64,000 bases of DNA from Eledone cirrhosa (lineage: Eukaryota). The stretch spans positions 9,610,001-9,674,000 of the forward strand of contig OZ024741.1 in NCBI GenBank assembly GCA_964016885.1. The letters are read 5' to 3'. Shown here in pieces: positions 1 through 15,000 of the stretch; the stretch's first letter is position 1, and each line of letters starts with the position of its first letter. The notes beneath the pieces were generated by a model. That model was not told the origin of the DNA. It did no database searches and was given only the letters and a program-made list of their open reading frames with translations. Made by a program: the position numbers and the translations under genes.

Positions 1-3000
1 GAACCATAGTGTTGTAACTAAAGGTACCACAGTGTTGTAACTAACGGTTTCAGAATGTTGTAACTAAAGGTACCACAGTGTTGAAACTAAAGGTACCACA
101 GTGCTGCAAATAAAGGTACCACAGTGTTGAAACTAAAACTACCACAATGTACAAACTAAAACTACCACATTGTTGAAACTAAAGGTATCACAGTGTTGAA
201 ACCAAAGCTACCACAGTGTTGAAACTAACGTACCACAGTGTTGAACCTAAAGGTATCACAGTTTTGAAACTAAAGTACCACAGTGTTGAAACTAACGTAC
301 CACAGTGTTGAAACTAAAGGTATCACAGTTTTGAAACTAAAGTACCAGAGTGTTGAAACTAAAGTACCAGAGTGTTGAAACTAAAGGTACCACAGTGTTG
401 AAACTAAAGGTACCACAGTGTTGAAACTAAAGGCATCAGAGTGTTGAAACTAAAGGTACCACAGTGTTGAAACTAATGGTACTCCAGTGTTGAAACTAAA
501 GGTACCACGGTGGTGAAACTAAAGGTTCCACAGTGATATAACTGAAGGTACCACAGTGTTGAAACTAAAGATACCTCAGTGTTGAAACTAAAGGTACCAT
601 AGTGTTGTAACTAAAGGTACCACCGTGCTGTAACTAAAGGTATCAGAATGTTGTAACTAAAGGTACCACAGTGTTGAAACTAAAGGTACCACAGTGTTGC
701 AACTAAAGGTACCACAGTGTTGAAACTAAAACTACCACACTGTAGAAACTAAGACTACCACAGTGTTGAACCTAAAGCTACCACAGTGTTGAAACTAAAG
801 TACCACAGTGTGAAAACTAAAGTACCAGAGTGTTGAAACTAAAGGTATCAGAGTGTTGAAACTAAAGGTACCACAGTGTTGAAACTAAAGGTACCAGAGT
901 GTTGAAACTAAAGGTACCACGGTGGTGAAACTAAAGGTTCCACAGTGAAGTAACTGAAGGTACCACAGTGTAGAATCTAAAGGTATCAGAGTGTTGAAAC
1001 TAAAGGTACCAGAGTGATGTAACTAAATGTACCACAGTGTTGAAACTAAAGGTACCACAATGTTGTAACTAAACGTACGACAGTGTTAAAACTAAAGGTA
1101 CCACAGTGCTGAAACTAAAGGTATTAGAATGTTGTAACTAAAGTTACCACAGTGTTGAAGTAAAAGATGTCACAGTGTTGAAACTAAAGGTACCACAGTG
1201 TTGAAACTAAAGGTGCCACAGTATTGTAACTAAAGGTACCACAGTGTTGTAACTAAATGTACCACGGTGGTGAAACTAAAGGTACCACAGTGATTAACTA
1301 AAGGTACCACAGTGTTGTAACTAAATGTACCATAGTGTTGAAACTAATGGTACCACAGTGTTGTAACTAAAGATACCACAGTGTTGAAACTAAAGGTACC
1401 ACAGTGTTGAAACTAATGGTATCACAGTGTTGAAACTAAAGGTACCACAGTTTTGAAACTAAAGGTACCACAGTGTTGAAACTAAAAGTACCACAGTGTT
1501 GTAGCTAAAGGTACCACAGTGTTGAAACTAAAACTATCAGAGTGTTGAAACTAAAGGTACGACAGTGATGTAACTAAAGGTACCATAGTGTTGAAACTAA
1601 AGGTACCACAGTGTTGAAATTAAAGGTACCACAGTGTTGAAACTAAAGGTACCACAGTGTTGAAACTAAAGGTACCACAGTGTTGAAACTAAAGGTACCA
1701 CAGTGTTGAAACTAAACTACCACAATGTAGAAACTAAAACTAACACATTGTTGAAACTAAATGTATCACAGTGTTGAAACTAAAGGTATCATAATGTTGT
1801 AACTAAAGGTACCACAGTGTTGAAACTAAAGGTACCACAGTGTTGAAGCTAAAGGTATCAGAGTGTTGAAACTAAAAGTACCACAGTGTTGAAACAAAAG
1901 GTACCACAGTATTGAAACTAAAGGTATCAGAATGTTGAAACTAAAGGTACCACAGTGATGTATCTAAATGCACCAGAGTGTTGAAACTAAAGGTATCAGA
2001 TTGTTGAAACTAAGGGTATCAGATTGTTGAAACTAAAGGTACCACAGTGATGTAACTAAAGGTACCACAGTGTTGAAACCAACGGTACCACAGTGTTGTA
2101 ACTAAAGGTACCACAGTGTTGTAACTAAAAGTAATAGAGTGTTGAAACTAAAGGTACCACAGTGTTGAAACTAAAGGTATCAGAGTGTTGAAACTAAAGG
2201 TACCACCGTGTTGAAACTAAAGGTACCACAGTGTTGTAACTAAAGGTACCACGGTGCTGAAACTAAAGGTACCACAGTGATGTAACTAATAGTACAACAG
2301 TGTTGTAACTAAAGGTACCACAGTGTTGTAACTAAATGTACCACAGTGTTGTAACTAAAAATACCACAGTGTTGAAACTAAAGGTACCACAGTGTTGAAA
2401 CTAAAGTTATCACAGTGTTGAGACTAAAGGTACCACAGTGTTGAAACTAAAGGTACCACAGTGTTGAAACTAAAGGTACCACGGTGTTGAAACTAAAGGT
2501 ATCAGAGTGTTGAAACTAAAGGTACCACAATGTTGAAACTAAAAGTACCACAGTGTTGTAACTAAAGGTACGACCGTGTTGAAACTAAAGATACCACAGT
2601 GTTGAAACTAAAGGTATCATAGTGTTGAAACTAAAGGTACCACGGTGTTGAAACTAAAGGTATCAGAGTGTTGAAACTAAAGGTACCACAGTGTTGAAAC
2701 TAAAGGTACCACAGTGTTGAAACTAAAGGTATCAGAGTGTTGAAACTAAAGGTACCACGGTGGTGAAACTAAAGGTACCACAGTGATGTAACTAAAGGTA
2801 CAACAGTGTTGTAACTAAAGGTACCACAGTGTTGTAACTAAAGGTACCACAGTGTTGAAACTAAATCTATCAGAGTGTTGAAACTAAAGGTACCACAGTA
2901 ATGTAACTAAGTGTACCAGAGTGTTGAAACTAAAGGTACCACAGTGTTGAAATTAAAGTTACCACAGTGTTGAAACTAAAGGTATCACAGTGTTGAAATT

Positions 3001-6000
3001 AAAGGTACCACATTGTTGAAACTAAAGGTACCACACTTTTGAAACTAAAGGTATCACAGTGTTGAAACTAAAGATACCACAGTGACTTAACTAAAGGTAC
3101 CACAGTGTTGAAACTAAAGGTACCATGGTGTTGTAACTAAAGGTACCACAGTTTTGTAATGAAAGGTACCACAGTGTTGAAACTAAAGGTACCACAGTGT
3201 CGAAACTAAAGGCACGACAGTGTTGAAACTAATGGTACCACAGTGTTGAAACTAAAGGTACCACAATGATGTAACTAACGGTAACACAATGTTGTAACTA
3301 AATGTACCAGAGTGTTCAAACTAAATGTATCATAGTGTTGAAACTAAAGGTACCTCAGTGTTGAAACTAAAGGAACCATAGTGTTGTAACTAAAGGTACC
3401 ACAGTGCTGAAACTAAAGGTATTAGAATGTTGTAACTAAAGTTACCACACTGTTGAAATTAAAGATGTCACAGTGTTGAAACTAAAGGTACCACAGTGTT
3501 GAAACTAAAGATGACACAGTATTGTAACTAAAGGTACCACCGTGTTGAAACTAAAGGTACCACAGTGTTGAAACTAAAGGTATCAGAGTGTTGAAACTAA
3601 AGGTACCACGGTGCTGAAACTAAAGGTACCACAGTGATGTAACTAATAGTACAACAGTGTTGTAACTAAAGGTACCACAGTGTTGTAACTAAATGTACCA
3701 CAGTGTTGTAACTAAATGTACTATAGTGTTGAAACTAATGGTACCACAGTGTTGTAACTAAAGATACCACAGTGTTGAAACTAAAGGTACCACAGTGTTG
3801 AAACTAAAGTTATCACAGTGTTAAGACTAAAGGTACCACAGTGTTGAAACTAAAGGTACCACAGTGTTGAAACTAAAGGTACCACGGTGTTGAAACTAAA
3901 GGTATCAGAGTGTTGAAACTAAAGGTACCACAATGTTGAAACTAAAAGTACCACAGTGTTGTAACTAAAGGTACGACCGTGTTGAAACTAAAGGTACCAC
4001 AGTGTTGAAACTAAAGGTATCATAGTGTTGAAACTAAAGGTACCACGGTGTTGAAACTAAAGGTATCAGAGTGTTGAAACTAAAGGTACCACAGTGTTGA
4101 AACTAAAGGTATCACAGTGTTGAAACTAAAGGTACCACGGTGGTGAAACTAAAGGTTCCACAGTGATGTAACTGAAGGTACCACAGTGTTGAAACTAATG
4201 GTATCACAGTGTTGAAACTAAAGGTACCACAGTGTTGTAACTAAAGGAACCACAGTGTTGAAACTAAATGTATCACAATGTTGAAACTAAAGGGACCACA
4301 GTGATGTAACTAAAGGTACCACAATGTTGTAACTAAATGTACCAGAGTGTTCAAACTAAATGTATCATAGTGTTGAAACTTAAGGTACCTCAGTGTTGAA
4401 ACTAAAGGTACCACAGTGTTGAAACTAAACGTACCACAGTGTTGAAACTAAAGCTACCACAGTGGTGAAACTAAAGGTTCCACAGTGAAGTAACTGAAGG
4501 TACCACAGTGTAGAATCTAAAGGTATCAGAGTGTTGAAACTAAAGGTACCAGAGTGATGTAACTAAATGTACCACAGTGTTGAATTTAAAGGTACCACAA
4601 TGTTGTAACTAAACGTACCACAGTGTTAAAACTAAAGGTACCACAGTGCTGAAACTAAAGGTATTAGAATGTTGTAACTAAAGTTACCACAGTGTTGAAA
4701 TTAAAGATGTCACAGTGTTGAAACTAAAGGTACCACAGTGTTGAAACTAAAGGTGCCACAGTATTGTAACTAAAGGTACCACAGTGTTGTAACTAAAGGT
4801 ACCACGGTGGTGAAACTAAAGGTACAACAGTGATTAACTAAAGGTACCACAGTGTTGTAACTAAATGTACCATAGTGTTGAAACTAATGGTACCACAGTG
4901 TTGTAACTAAAGATACCACAGTGTTGAAACTAAAGGTACCAGAGTGTTGAAACTAATGGTATCACAGTGTTGAAACTAAAGGTACCACAGTGTTGAAACT
5001 AAAGGTACCACAGTGTTGAAACTAAAGGTACCACGGTGTTGAAACTAAAGGTATCAGAGTGTTGAAACTAAAGGTACCACAGTGTTGAAACTAAAGGTAC
5101 CACAGTGTTGAAACTAAAGGTACCACGGTGGTGAAACTAAAGGTTCCACAGTGATGAAACTAAAGGTACCACAGTGTTGAAACTAATGGTATCACAGTGT
5201 TGAAACTAAAGGTACGACAGTGATGTAACTAAAGGTACCATAGTGTTGAAACTAAAAGTACCACAGTGTTGTAGCTAAAGGTACCACAGTGTTGAAACTA
5301 AAGCTATCAGAGTGTTGAAACTAAAGGTAAAGCAGTGTTGAAACTAAACTACCACAATGTAGAAACTAAAACTACGACATTGTTGAAACTAAATGTATCA
5401 CAGTGTTGAAACTAAAGCTACCACAGTGTTGGAACTAAAGGTACAACAGTGTTGAAACTAAAGGTATCATAGTGTTGAAACTAAAGGTACCACAGTGTTG
5501 AAACTAAAGGTTCCACAGTGTTGAAACTAAAGGTACCGCGGTGGTGAAACTAAAGGTTCCACAGTGATGTAACTGAAGGTACCACAGTGTTGAAACTAAG
5601 TGTATCACAGTGTTGAAACTAAAGGTACCACAGTGTCGAAACTAAAGGTACGACAGTGTTGAAACTAAAGGTACCACAGTGTTGAAACTAAAGGTATCAC
5701 AGTGTTGAAACTAAAGGTACCACAGTGGTGTAACTAAAGGAACCACAGTGTTGAAACTAAATGTATCACAATGTTGAAACTAAATGTACCACAGTGATGT
5801 AACTAACGGTACCAGAATGTTGTAACTAAATGTACCAAGTGTTCAAACTAAATGTATCATAGTGTTGAAACTAAAGGTACCTCAGTGTTGAAACTAAAGG
5901 TACCATAGTGTTGTAACTAAAGGTACCACAGTGTTGTAACTAAAGGTATCATAATGTTGTAACTAAAGGTACCACAGTGTTGAAACTAAAGGTACCACAT

Positions 6001-9000
6001 TGTTGAAGCTAAAGGTATCAGAGTGTTGAAACTAAAGGTACCACAGTGATGTATCTAAATGTACCAGAGTGTTGAAACTAAAGGTATCAGATTGTTGAAA
6101 CTAAGGGTATCAGATTGTTGAAACTAAAGGTACCACAGTGATGTAACTAAAGGTACCACAGTGTTGAAACCAACGGTACCACAGTGTTGTAACTAAAGGT
6201 ACCACAGTGTTGTAACTAAAAGTAATAGAGTGTTGAAACTAAAGGTTCCACAGTGTTGAAATTAAAGGTACCACAGTGTTGAAACTAAAGGTAATAGAGT
6301 GTTGTAAATAAAGGTACCACAGTGTTGAAACTAAAGGTATCAGAGCGTTGAAACAAAATCTACCACAATGATGAAACTAAGTGTACCAGATTCTTGAAAC
6401 TAAGGGTACCACAGTGATGAAACTAAATGTACCAGAGTGTTAAAACTAAAGGTACCACAGTGTTGAAACTAAAGGTACCACATTGTCGAAACTAAAGGTA
6501 CGACAGTGTTGAAACTAAAGGTACCACAGTGTTGTAACTAAAGTTACCACCGTGTTGTAACTAAAAGTATCAGAATGTTGTAACTAAAGGTACCACAGTG
6601 TTGAAACTAAAGGTACCACAGTGTTGCAACTAAAGGTACCACAGTGTTGAAACTAAAGTACCACAGTGTTGAAACTAAAGGTATCACAGTTTTGAAACTA
6701 AAGTACCACAGTGTTGAAAATAAAGTACCAGAGTGTTGAAACTAAAGGTAGCAGAGTGTTGAAACTAAAGGTACCACAGTGTTGAAACTAAAGGTAGCAG
6801 AGTGTTGAAACTAAAGGTACCACAGTGTTGAAACTAAAGGTACCACAGTGTTGAAACTAAAGGTACCACGGTGGTGAAACTAAAGGTTCCACAGTGATGT
6901 AACAGAAGGTACCACAGTGTTGAATCTAAAGGTATCAGAGTGTTGAAATTAAAGGTACCAGAGTGATGTAACTAAATGTACAACAGTGTTGAAACTAAAG
7001 GTACCACAATGTTGTAACTAAAGGTAACACAGTGTTAAAACTAAAGGTACCACAGTGCTGAAACTAAAGGTATCAGAATGTTGTAACTAAAGTTACCACA
7101 GTGTTGAAATTAAAGATGTCACAGTGTTGAAACTAAAGGTACCACAGTGTTGAAACAAAAGGTGCCACAGTATTGTAACTAAAGATACCACTGCGTTGTA
7201 ACCAAGTGCACAATAGTGTTGAAACTAATGGTACCACAGTGTTGTAACTAAAGGTACCACAGTGTTGGAACTAAAGGTACCACAATGTTGTAACTAAATG
7301 TACCACAGTGTTGAAACTAACGCTATCAGAATGTTGAAACTAAAGGTACCACAGTCTTGTAACTAAAGGTACCACAGTGTTGTAACTAAAGGTACCACAG
7401 TGTTGTAACTAAATGTACCATAGTGGTGAAACTAATGGTACCACAGTGTTGTAACTAAAGATACCACAGTGTTGAAACTAAAGGAATCACAGTGTTGAGA
7501 CTAAAGGTACCACAGTGTTGAAACTTAAGGTACCACAGTGTTGAAACAAAAGGTACCACGGTGTTGAAACTAAAGGTATCAGAGTGTTGAAACTAAAGGT
7601 ACCACAGTGTTGTAACTAAAGATACGACAGTGTTGAAACTAACGGTACCACAGTGTTGAAACTAAAGGTATCATAGTGTTGAAACTAAAGGTACCACAGT
7701 GTTGAAACTAAATCTATCAGAGTGTTGAAATTAAAGGTACCACAGTGATGTAACTAAATGTACCAGGGTGTTGAAACTAAAGGTACCACAGTGTTGAAAT
7801 TAAAGTTACCACAGTGTTGAAACTAAAGGTAATACAGTGTTGAAATTAAAGGTACCACAGTGTTGAAACTAAAGGTACCACAGTGTTGAAACTAAAGGTA
7901 TCACAGTGTTGAAACTAAAGATACCACAGTGATGTGACTAAAGGTACCAGAGTGTTGAAACTAAAGGTACCACAGTTTTGTAATTAAAGGTACCACAGTG
8001 TTGAAACTAAAGGTACCACAGTGTCGAAACTAAAGGTACGACAGTGTTGAAACTAAAGGTACCACAGTGTTGAAACTAAAGGTATCATAGTGTTGAAACT
8101 AAAGCTACCACAGTGTTGTAACTAAAGGAAACACAGTGTTGAAACTAAATGTATCACAATGTTGAAACTAAATGTACCACAGTGATGTAACTAACGGTAC
8201 CACAATGTTGTCACTAAATGTACCAGAGTTTTCAAACGAAATGTATCACAGTGTTGAAACTAAAGGTACCTTAGTGTTGAAACTAAAGGTACCATAGTGT
8301 TGTAACTAAAGGTATCAGAATGTTGAAACTAAAGGTACCACAGTGTTGCAACTAAACGTACCACAGTGTTGAAACTAAACTACCACAATGTAGAAACTAA
8401 AAAACTACCACATTGTTGAAACTAAAGGTATCACATTGTTGAAACTAAAGCTACCACAGTGTTGAAACTAAAGTATCACAGAGTTGAAACTAAAGGTATC
8501 ACAGTTTTTAAACTAAAGTACCACAGTGTTGAAACTAAAGTACCAGAGTGTTGAAACTAAAGGTACCACAGTGTTGAAACTAAAGGTACCACAGTGTTGA
8601 AACTAAAGGTATCAGAGTGTTGAAACTAAAGGTACCACAGTGTTGAAACTAAAGGTACCACAGTGTTGAAACTAAAGGTACCACGGTGGTGAAACTAAAG
8701 GTTCCACAGTGATGTAACTGAAGGTACCACAGTGTTGAAACTAAAGGTATCACAGTGTTGAAACTAAAGGTACCACAGTGTTGTAACTAAAGGTTCCACA
8801 GTGTTGAAACTAAATGTATCACAATGTTGAAACTAAAGGTACCACAGTGATGTAACTAATGGTACCACAATGTTGTAACTAAATGTACCAGAGTGTTCAA
8901 ACTAAATGTATCATAGTGTTGAAACTATAGGTACCTCAGTGTTGAAACTAAAGGTACCACATTGTTGAAACTAAAGGTATCAGAGTGTTGAAACTAAAGG

Positions 9001-12000
9001 TACCACAGTGTTGAAACTAAAGGTACCACGGTGGTGAAACTAAAGGTACCACAGTGATGTAACTAAAGGTACTACAGTGTTGTAACTAAAGGTACCACAG
9101 TGTTGAAACTAGATCTATCAGAGTGTTGAAACTAAAGGTACCACAGTGTTGAAATTAAAGGTATCACAGTGTTGAAACTAAAGATACCACAGTGACTTAA
9201 CTAAAGGTACCACAGTGTTGAAACTAAAGTACCATGGTGTTGTAATTAAAGGTACCACAGTGTTGAAACTAAAGGTACCACAGTGATGTAACTAACGGTA
9301 ACACAATGTTGTAACTAAATGTACCAGAGTGTTCAAACTAAATGTATCATAGTGTTGAAACTAAAGGTACCTCAGTGTTGAAACTAAAGGAACCATAGTG
9401 TTGTAACTAAAGGTACCACAGTTTTGTAACTAAAGGTTTCAGAATGTTGTAACTAAAGGTACCACAGTGTTGAAACTAAAGGTACCACAGTGTTGCAAAT
9501 AAAGGTACCACAGTGTTGAAACTAAAACTACCACAATGTAGAAACTAAAACTACCACATTGTTGAAACTAAAGGTATCACAGTGTTGAAACCAAAGCTAC
9601 CACAGTGTTGAAACTAACGTACCACAGTGTTGAACCTAAAGGTATCACAGTTTTGAAACTAAAGTACCACAGTGTTGAAACTAAAGTACCAGAGTGTTGA
9701 AACTAAAGGTACCACAGTGTTGAAACTAAAGGTACCACAGTGTTGAAACTAATGGTACCACAGTGTTGTAACTAAAGTTATCAGAGTGTTGAAGCTAAAG
9801 GTACCAGTGTGATGTAACTAAATGTACCACAGTGTTGAAACTAAAGGTACCACAATGTTGTAACTTAACGTACCACAGTGTTAAAACTAAAGGTACCACG
9901 GTGGTGAAACTAAAGGTTCCACAGTGATATAACTGAAGGTACCACAGTGTTGAAACTAAAGGTACCTCAGTGTTGAAACTAAAGGTACCATAGTGTTGTA
10001 ACTAAAGGTACCACCGTGCTGTAACTAAAGGTATCAGAATGTTGTAACTAAAGGTACCACAGTGTTGAAACTAAAGGTACCACAGTGTTGCAACTAAAGA
10101 TACCACAGTGTTGAAACTAAAACTACCACACTGTAGAAACTAAAACTACCACAGTGTTGAAACTAAAGCTACCACAGTGTTGAAACTAAAGTACCACAGT
10201 GTTAAAACTAAAGTACCAGAGTGTTGAAACTAAAGGTACCACAGTGTTGTAATTAAATGTACCAGAGTGTTGAAACTAATGGTACCACAGTGTTGTAACT
10301 AAAGATACCACAGTGTTGAAACTAAAGGTACCACAGTGTTGAAACTAAAGGTACCACGGTGGTGAAACTAAAGGTTCCACAGTGATGTAACTGAAGGTAC
10401 CACAGTGTTGAATCTAAAGGTATCAGAGTGTTGAAGCTAAAGGTACCAGAGTGATGTAACTAAATGTACAACAGTGTTGAAACTAAAGGTACCACAATGT
10501 TGTAACTAAACGTACCACAGTGTTAAAACTAAAGGTACCACAGTGCTGAAACTAAAGGTATCAGAATGTTGTAACTAAAGTTACCACAGTGTTGAAATTA
10601 AAGATGTCACAGTGTTGAAACTAAAGGTACCACAGTGTTGAAACTAAAGGTGCCACAGTATTGTATCTAAAGGTACCACAGTGTTGTAACTAAAGGTACC
10701 ACGGTGGTGAAACTAAAGGTACCACAGTGATTAACTAAAGGTACCACAGTGTTGTAACTAAATGTACCATAGTGTTGAAACTAATGGTACCACAGTGTTG
10801 TAACTAAAGATACCACAGTGTTGAAACTAAAGGTACCACAGTGTTGAAACTAATGGTATCACAGTGTTGAAACTAAAGGTACGACAGTGATGTAACTAAA
10901 TGTACCATAGTGTTGAAACTAAAGATACCACAGTGTTGAAATTAAAGGTACCACAGTGTTGAAACTAAAGGTATCACAGTGTTGAAACTAAAGGTACCAC
11001 AGTGTTGAAACTAAATATACCACAGTGTTGAAACTAAACTACCACAATGTAGAAACTAAACCTACCACATTGTTGAAACTAAATGTATCACAGTGTTGAA
11101 ACTAAATCTACCACAGTGTTGAAACTAAAGGTACAACAGTGTTGAAACTAAAGGTATCAGAGTGTTGAAACTAAAGGTACCACAGTGTTGACACTAAAGG
11201 TACCACAGTGTTGAAACTAAAGGTACCACGGTGGTGAAACTAAAGGTTCCACAGTGATGTAACTAAAGGTACCACAGTGTTGAAACTAATGGTACCACAA
11301 TGTTGTAACTAAATGTACCAGATTGTTCAAACTAAATGTATCATAGTGTTGAAACTAAAGGTACCACAGTGTTGAAACTAAAGGTTCCACAGTGTTGAAA
11401 CTAAAGGTACCGCGGTGGTGAAACTAAAGGTTCCACAGTGATGTAACTGAAGGTACCACAGTGTTGAAACTAAGTGTATCACAGTGTTGAAACTAAAGGT
11501 ACCACAGTGTCGAAACTAAAGGTACGACAGTGTTGAAACTAAAGGTACCACAGTGTTGAAACTAAAGGTATCACAGTGTTGAAACTAAAGGTACCACAGT
11601 GGTGTAACTAAAGGAACCACAGTGTTGAAACTAAATGTATCACAATGTTGAAACTAAATGTACCACAGTGATGTAACTAACGGTACCAGAATGTTGTAAC
11701 TAAATGTACCAAGTGTTCAAACTAAATGTATCATAGTGTTGAAACTAAAGGTACCTCAGTGTTGAAACTAAAGGTACCATAGTGTTGTAACTAAAGGTAC
11801 CATAGTGTTGTAACTAAAGGTATCATAATGTTGTAACTAAAGGTACCACAGTGTTGAAACTAAAGGTACCACATTGTTGAAGCTAAAGGTATCAGAGTGT
11901 TGAAAATAAAGGTACCACAGTGTTGAAATAAAAGGTAACACAGTGTTGAAACTAAAGGTATCAGAGTGTTGAAACTAAAGGTACCACAGTGATGTATCTA

Positions 12001-15000
12001 AATGTACCAGAGTGTTGAAACTAAAGGTATCAGATTGTTGAAACTAAGGGTATCAGATTGTTGAAACTAAAGGTACCACAGTGATGTAACTAAAGGTACC
12101 ACAGTGTTGAAACCAACGGTACCACAGTGTTGTAACTAAAGGTACCACAGTGTTGTAACTAAAAGTAATAGAGTGTTGAAACTAAAGGTTCCACAGTGTT
12201 GAAATTAAAGGTACCACAGTGTTGAAACTAAAGGTAATAGAGTGTTGTAAATAAAGGTACCACAGTGTTGAAACTAAAGGTATCAGAGCGTTGAAACAAA
12301 ATCTACCACAATGATGAAACTAAGTGTACCAGATTCTTGAAACTAAGGGTACCACAGTGATGAAACTAAATGTACCAGAGTGTTAAAACTAAAGGTACCA
12401 CAGTGTTGAAATTAAAGGTACCACAGTGTTGAAACTAAAGGTATCACAGTGTTGAAACTAAAGGTACCACAGTGTTGAAACTAAAGGTACCACAGTGTTG
12501 AAACTAAAGTATAACAGTGTTGAAACTAAAGGTACCACAGTGATGTAACTAGAGGTACCACAGTGTTGAAACTAAAGGTACCATGGTGTTGTAACTAAAG
12601 ATACCACAGTGTTGTAATTAAAGGTACCACAGTGTTGAAACTAAAGGTACCACATTGTCGAAACTAAAGGTACGACAGTGTTGAAACTAAAGGTACCACA
12701 GTGTTGTAACTAAAGTTACCACCGTGTTGTAACTAAAAGTATCAGAATGTTGTAACTAAAGGTACCACAATGTTGAAACTAAAGGTACCACAGTGTTGCA
12801 ACTAAAGGTACCACAGTGTTGAAACTAAAGTACCACAGTGTTGAAACTAAAGGTATCACAGTTTTGAAACTAAAGTACCACAGTGTTGAAAATAAAGTAC
12901 CAGAGTGTTGAAACTAAAGGTATCAGATTGTTGAAACTAAAGGTACCACAGTGATGTATCTAAATGTACCAGAGTGTTGAAACTAAAGGTATCAGATTGT
13001 TGAAACTAAGGGTATCAGATTGTTGAAACTAAAGGTACCACAGTGATGTAACTAAAGGTACCACAGTGTTGAAACCAACGGTACCACAGTGTTGTAACTA
13101 AAGGTACCACAGTGTTGTAACTAAAAGTAATAGAGTGTTGAAACTAAAGGTTCCACAGTGTTGAAATTAAAGGTACCACAGTGTTGAAACTAAAGGTAAT
13201 AGAGTGTTGTAAATAAAGGTACCACAGTGTTGAAACTAAAGGTATCAGAGCGTTGAAACAAAATCTACCACAATGATGAAACTAAGTGTACCAGATTCTT
13301 GAAACTAAGGGTACCACAGTGATGAAACTAAATGTACCAGAGTGTTAAAACTAAAGGTACCACAGTGTTGAAATTAAAGGTACCACAGTGTTGAAACTAA
13401 AGGTATCACAGTGTTGAAACTAAAGGTACCACAGTGTTGAAACTAAAGGTACCACAGTGTTGAAACTAAAGTATAACAGTGTTGAAACTAAAGGTACCAC
13501 AGTGATGTAACTAGAGGTACCACAGTGTTGAAACTAAAGGTACCATGGTGTTGTAACTAAAGATACCACAGTGTTGTAATTAAAGGTACCACAGTGTTGA
13601 AACTAAAGGTACCACATTGTCGAAACTAAAGGTACGACAGTGTTGAAACTAAAGGTACCACAGTGTTGTAACTAAAGTTACCACCGTGTTGTAACTAAAA
13701 GTATCAGAATGTTGTAACTAAAGGTACCACAATGTTGAAACTAAAGGTACCACAGTGTTGCAACTAAAGGTACCACAGTGTTGAAACTAAAGTACCACAG
13801 TGTTGAAACTAAAGGTATCACAGTTTTGAAACTAAAGTACCACAGTGTTGAAAATAAAGTACCAGAATGTTGAAACTAAAGGTAGCAGAGTGTTGAAACT
13901 AAAGGTACCACAGTGTTGAAACTAAAGGTAGCAGAGTGTTGAAACTAAAGGTACCACAGTGTTGAAACTAAAGGTACCACAGTGTTGAAACTAAAGGTAC
14001 CACGGTGGTGAAACTAAAGGTTCCACAGTGATGTAACAGAAGGTACCACAGTGTTGAATCTAAAGGTATCAGAGTGTTGAAATTAAAGGTACCAGAGTGA
14101 TGTAACTAAATGTACAACAGTGTTGAAACTAAAGGTACCACAATGTTGTAACTAAAGGTAACACAGTGTTAAAACTAAAGGTACCACAGTGCTGAAACTA
14201 AAGGTATCAGAATGTTGTAACTAAAGTTACCACAGTGTTGAAATTAAAGATGTCACAGTGTTGAAACTAAAGGTACCACAGTGTTGAAACAAAAGGTGCC
14301 ACAGTATTGTAACTAAAGATACCACAGTGTTGTAACCAAGTGCACAATAGTGTTGAAACTAATGGTACCACAGTGTTGTAACTAAAGGTACCACAGTGTT
14401 GAAACTAAAGGTACCACAGTCTTGTAACTAAAGGTACCACAGTGTTGTAACTAAAGGTACCACAGTGTTGTAACTAAATGTACCATAGTGTTGAAACTAA
14501 TGGTACCACAGTGTTGTAACTAAAGATACCACAGTGTTGAAACTAAAGGAATCACAGTGTTGAGACTAAAGGTACCACAGTGTTGAAACTTAAGGTACCA
14601 CAGTGTTGAAACAAAAGGTACCACGGTGTTGAAACTAAAGGTATCAGAGTGTTGAAACTAAAGGTACCACAGTGTTGTAACTAAAGATACGACAGTGTTG
14701 AAACTAACGGTACCACAGTGTTGAAACTAAAGGTATCATAGTGTTGAAACTAAAGGTACCACAGTGTTGAAACTAAATCTATCAGAGTGTTGAAATTAAA
14801 GGTACCACAGTGATGTAACTAAATGTACCAGGGTGTTGAAACTAAAGGTACCACAGTGTTGAAATTAAAGTTACCACAGTGTTGAAACTAAAGGTAATAC
14901 AGTGTTGAAATTAAAGGTACCACAGTGTTGAAACTAAAGGTACCACAGTGTTGAAACTAAAGGTATCACAGTGTTGAAACTAAAGATACCACAGTGATGT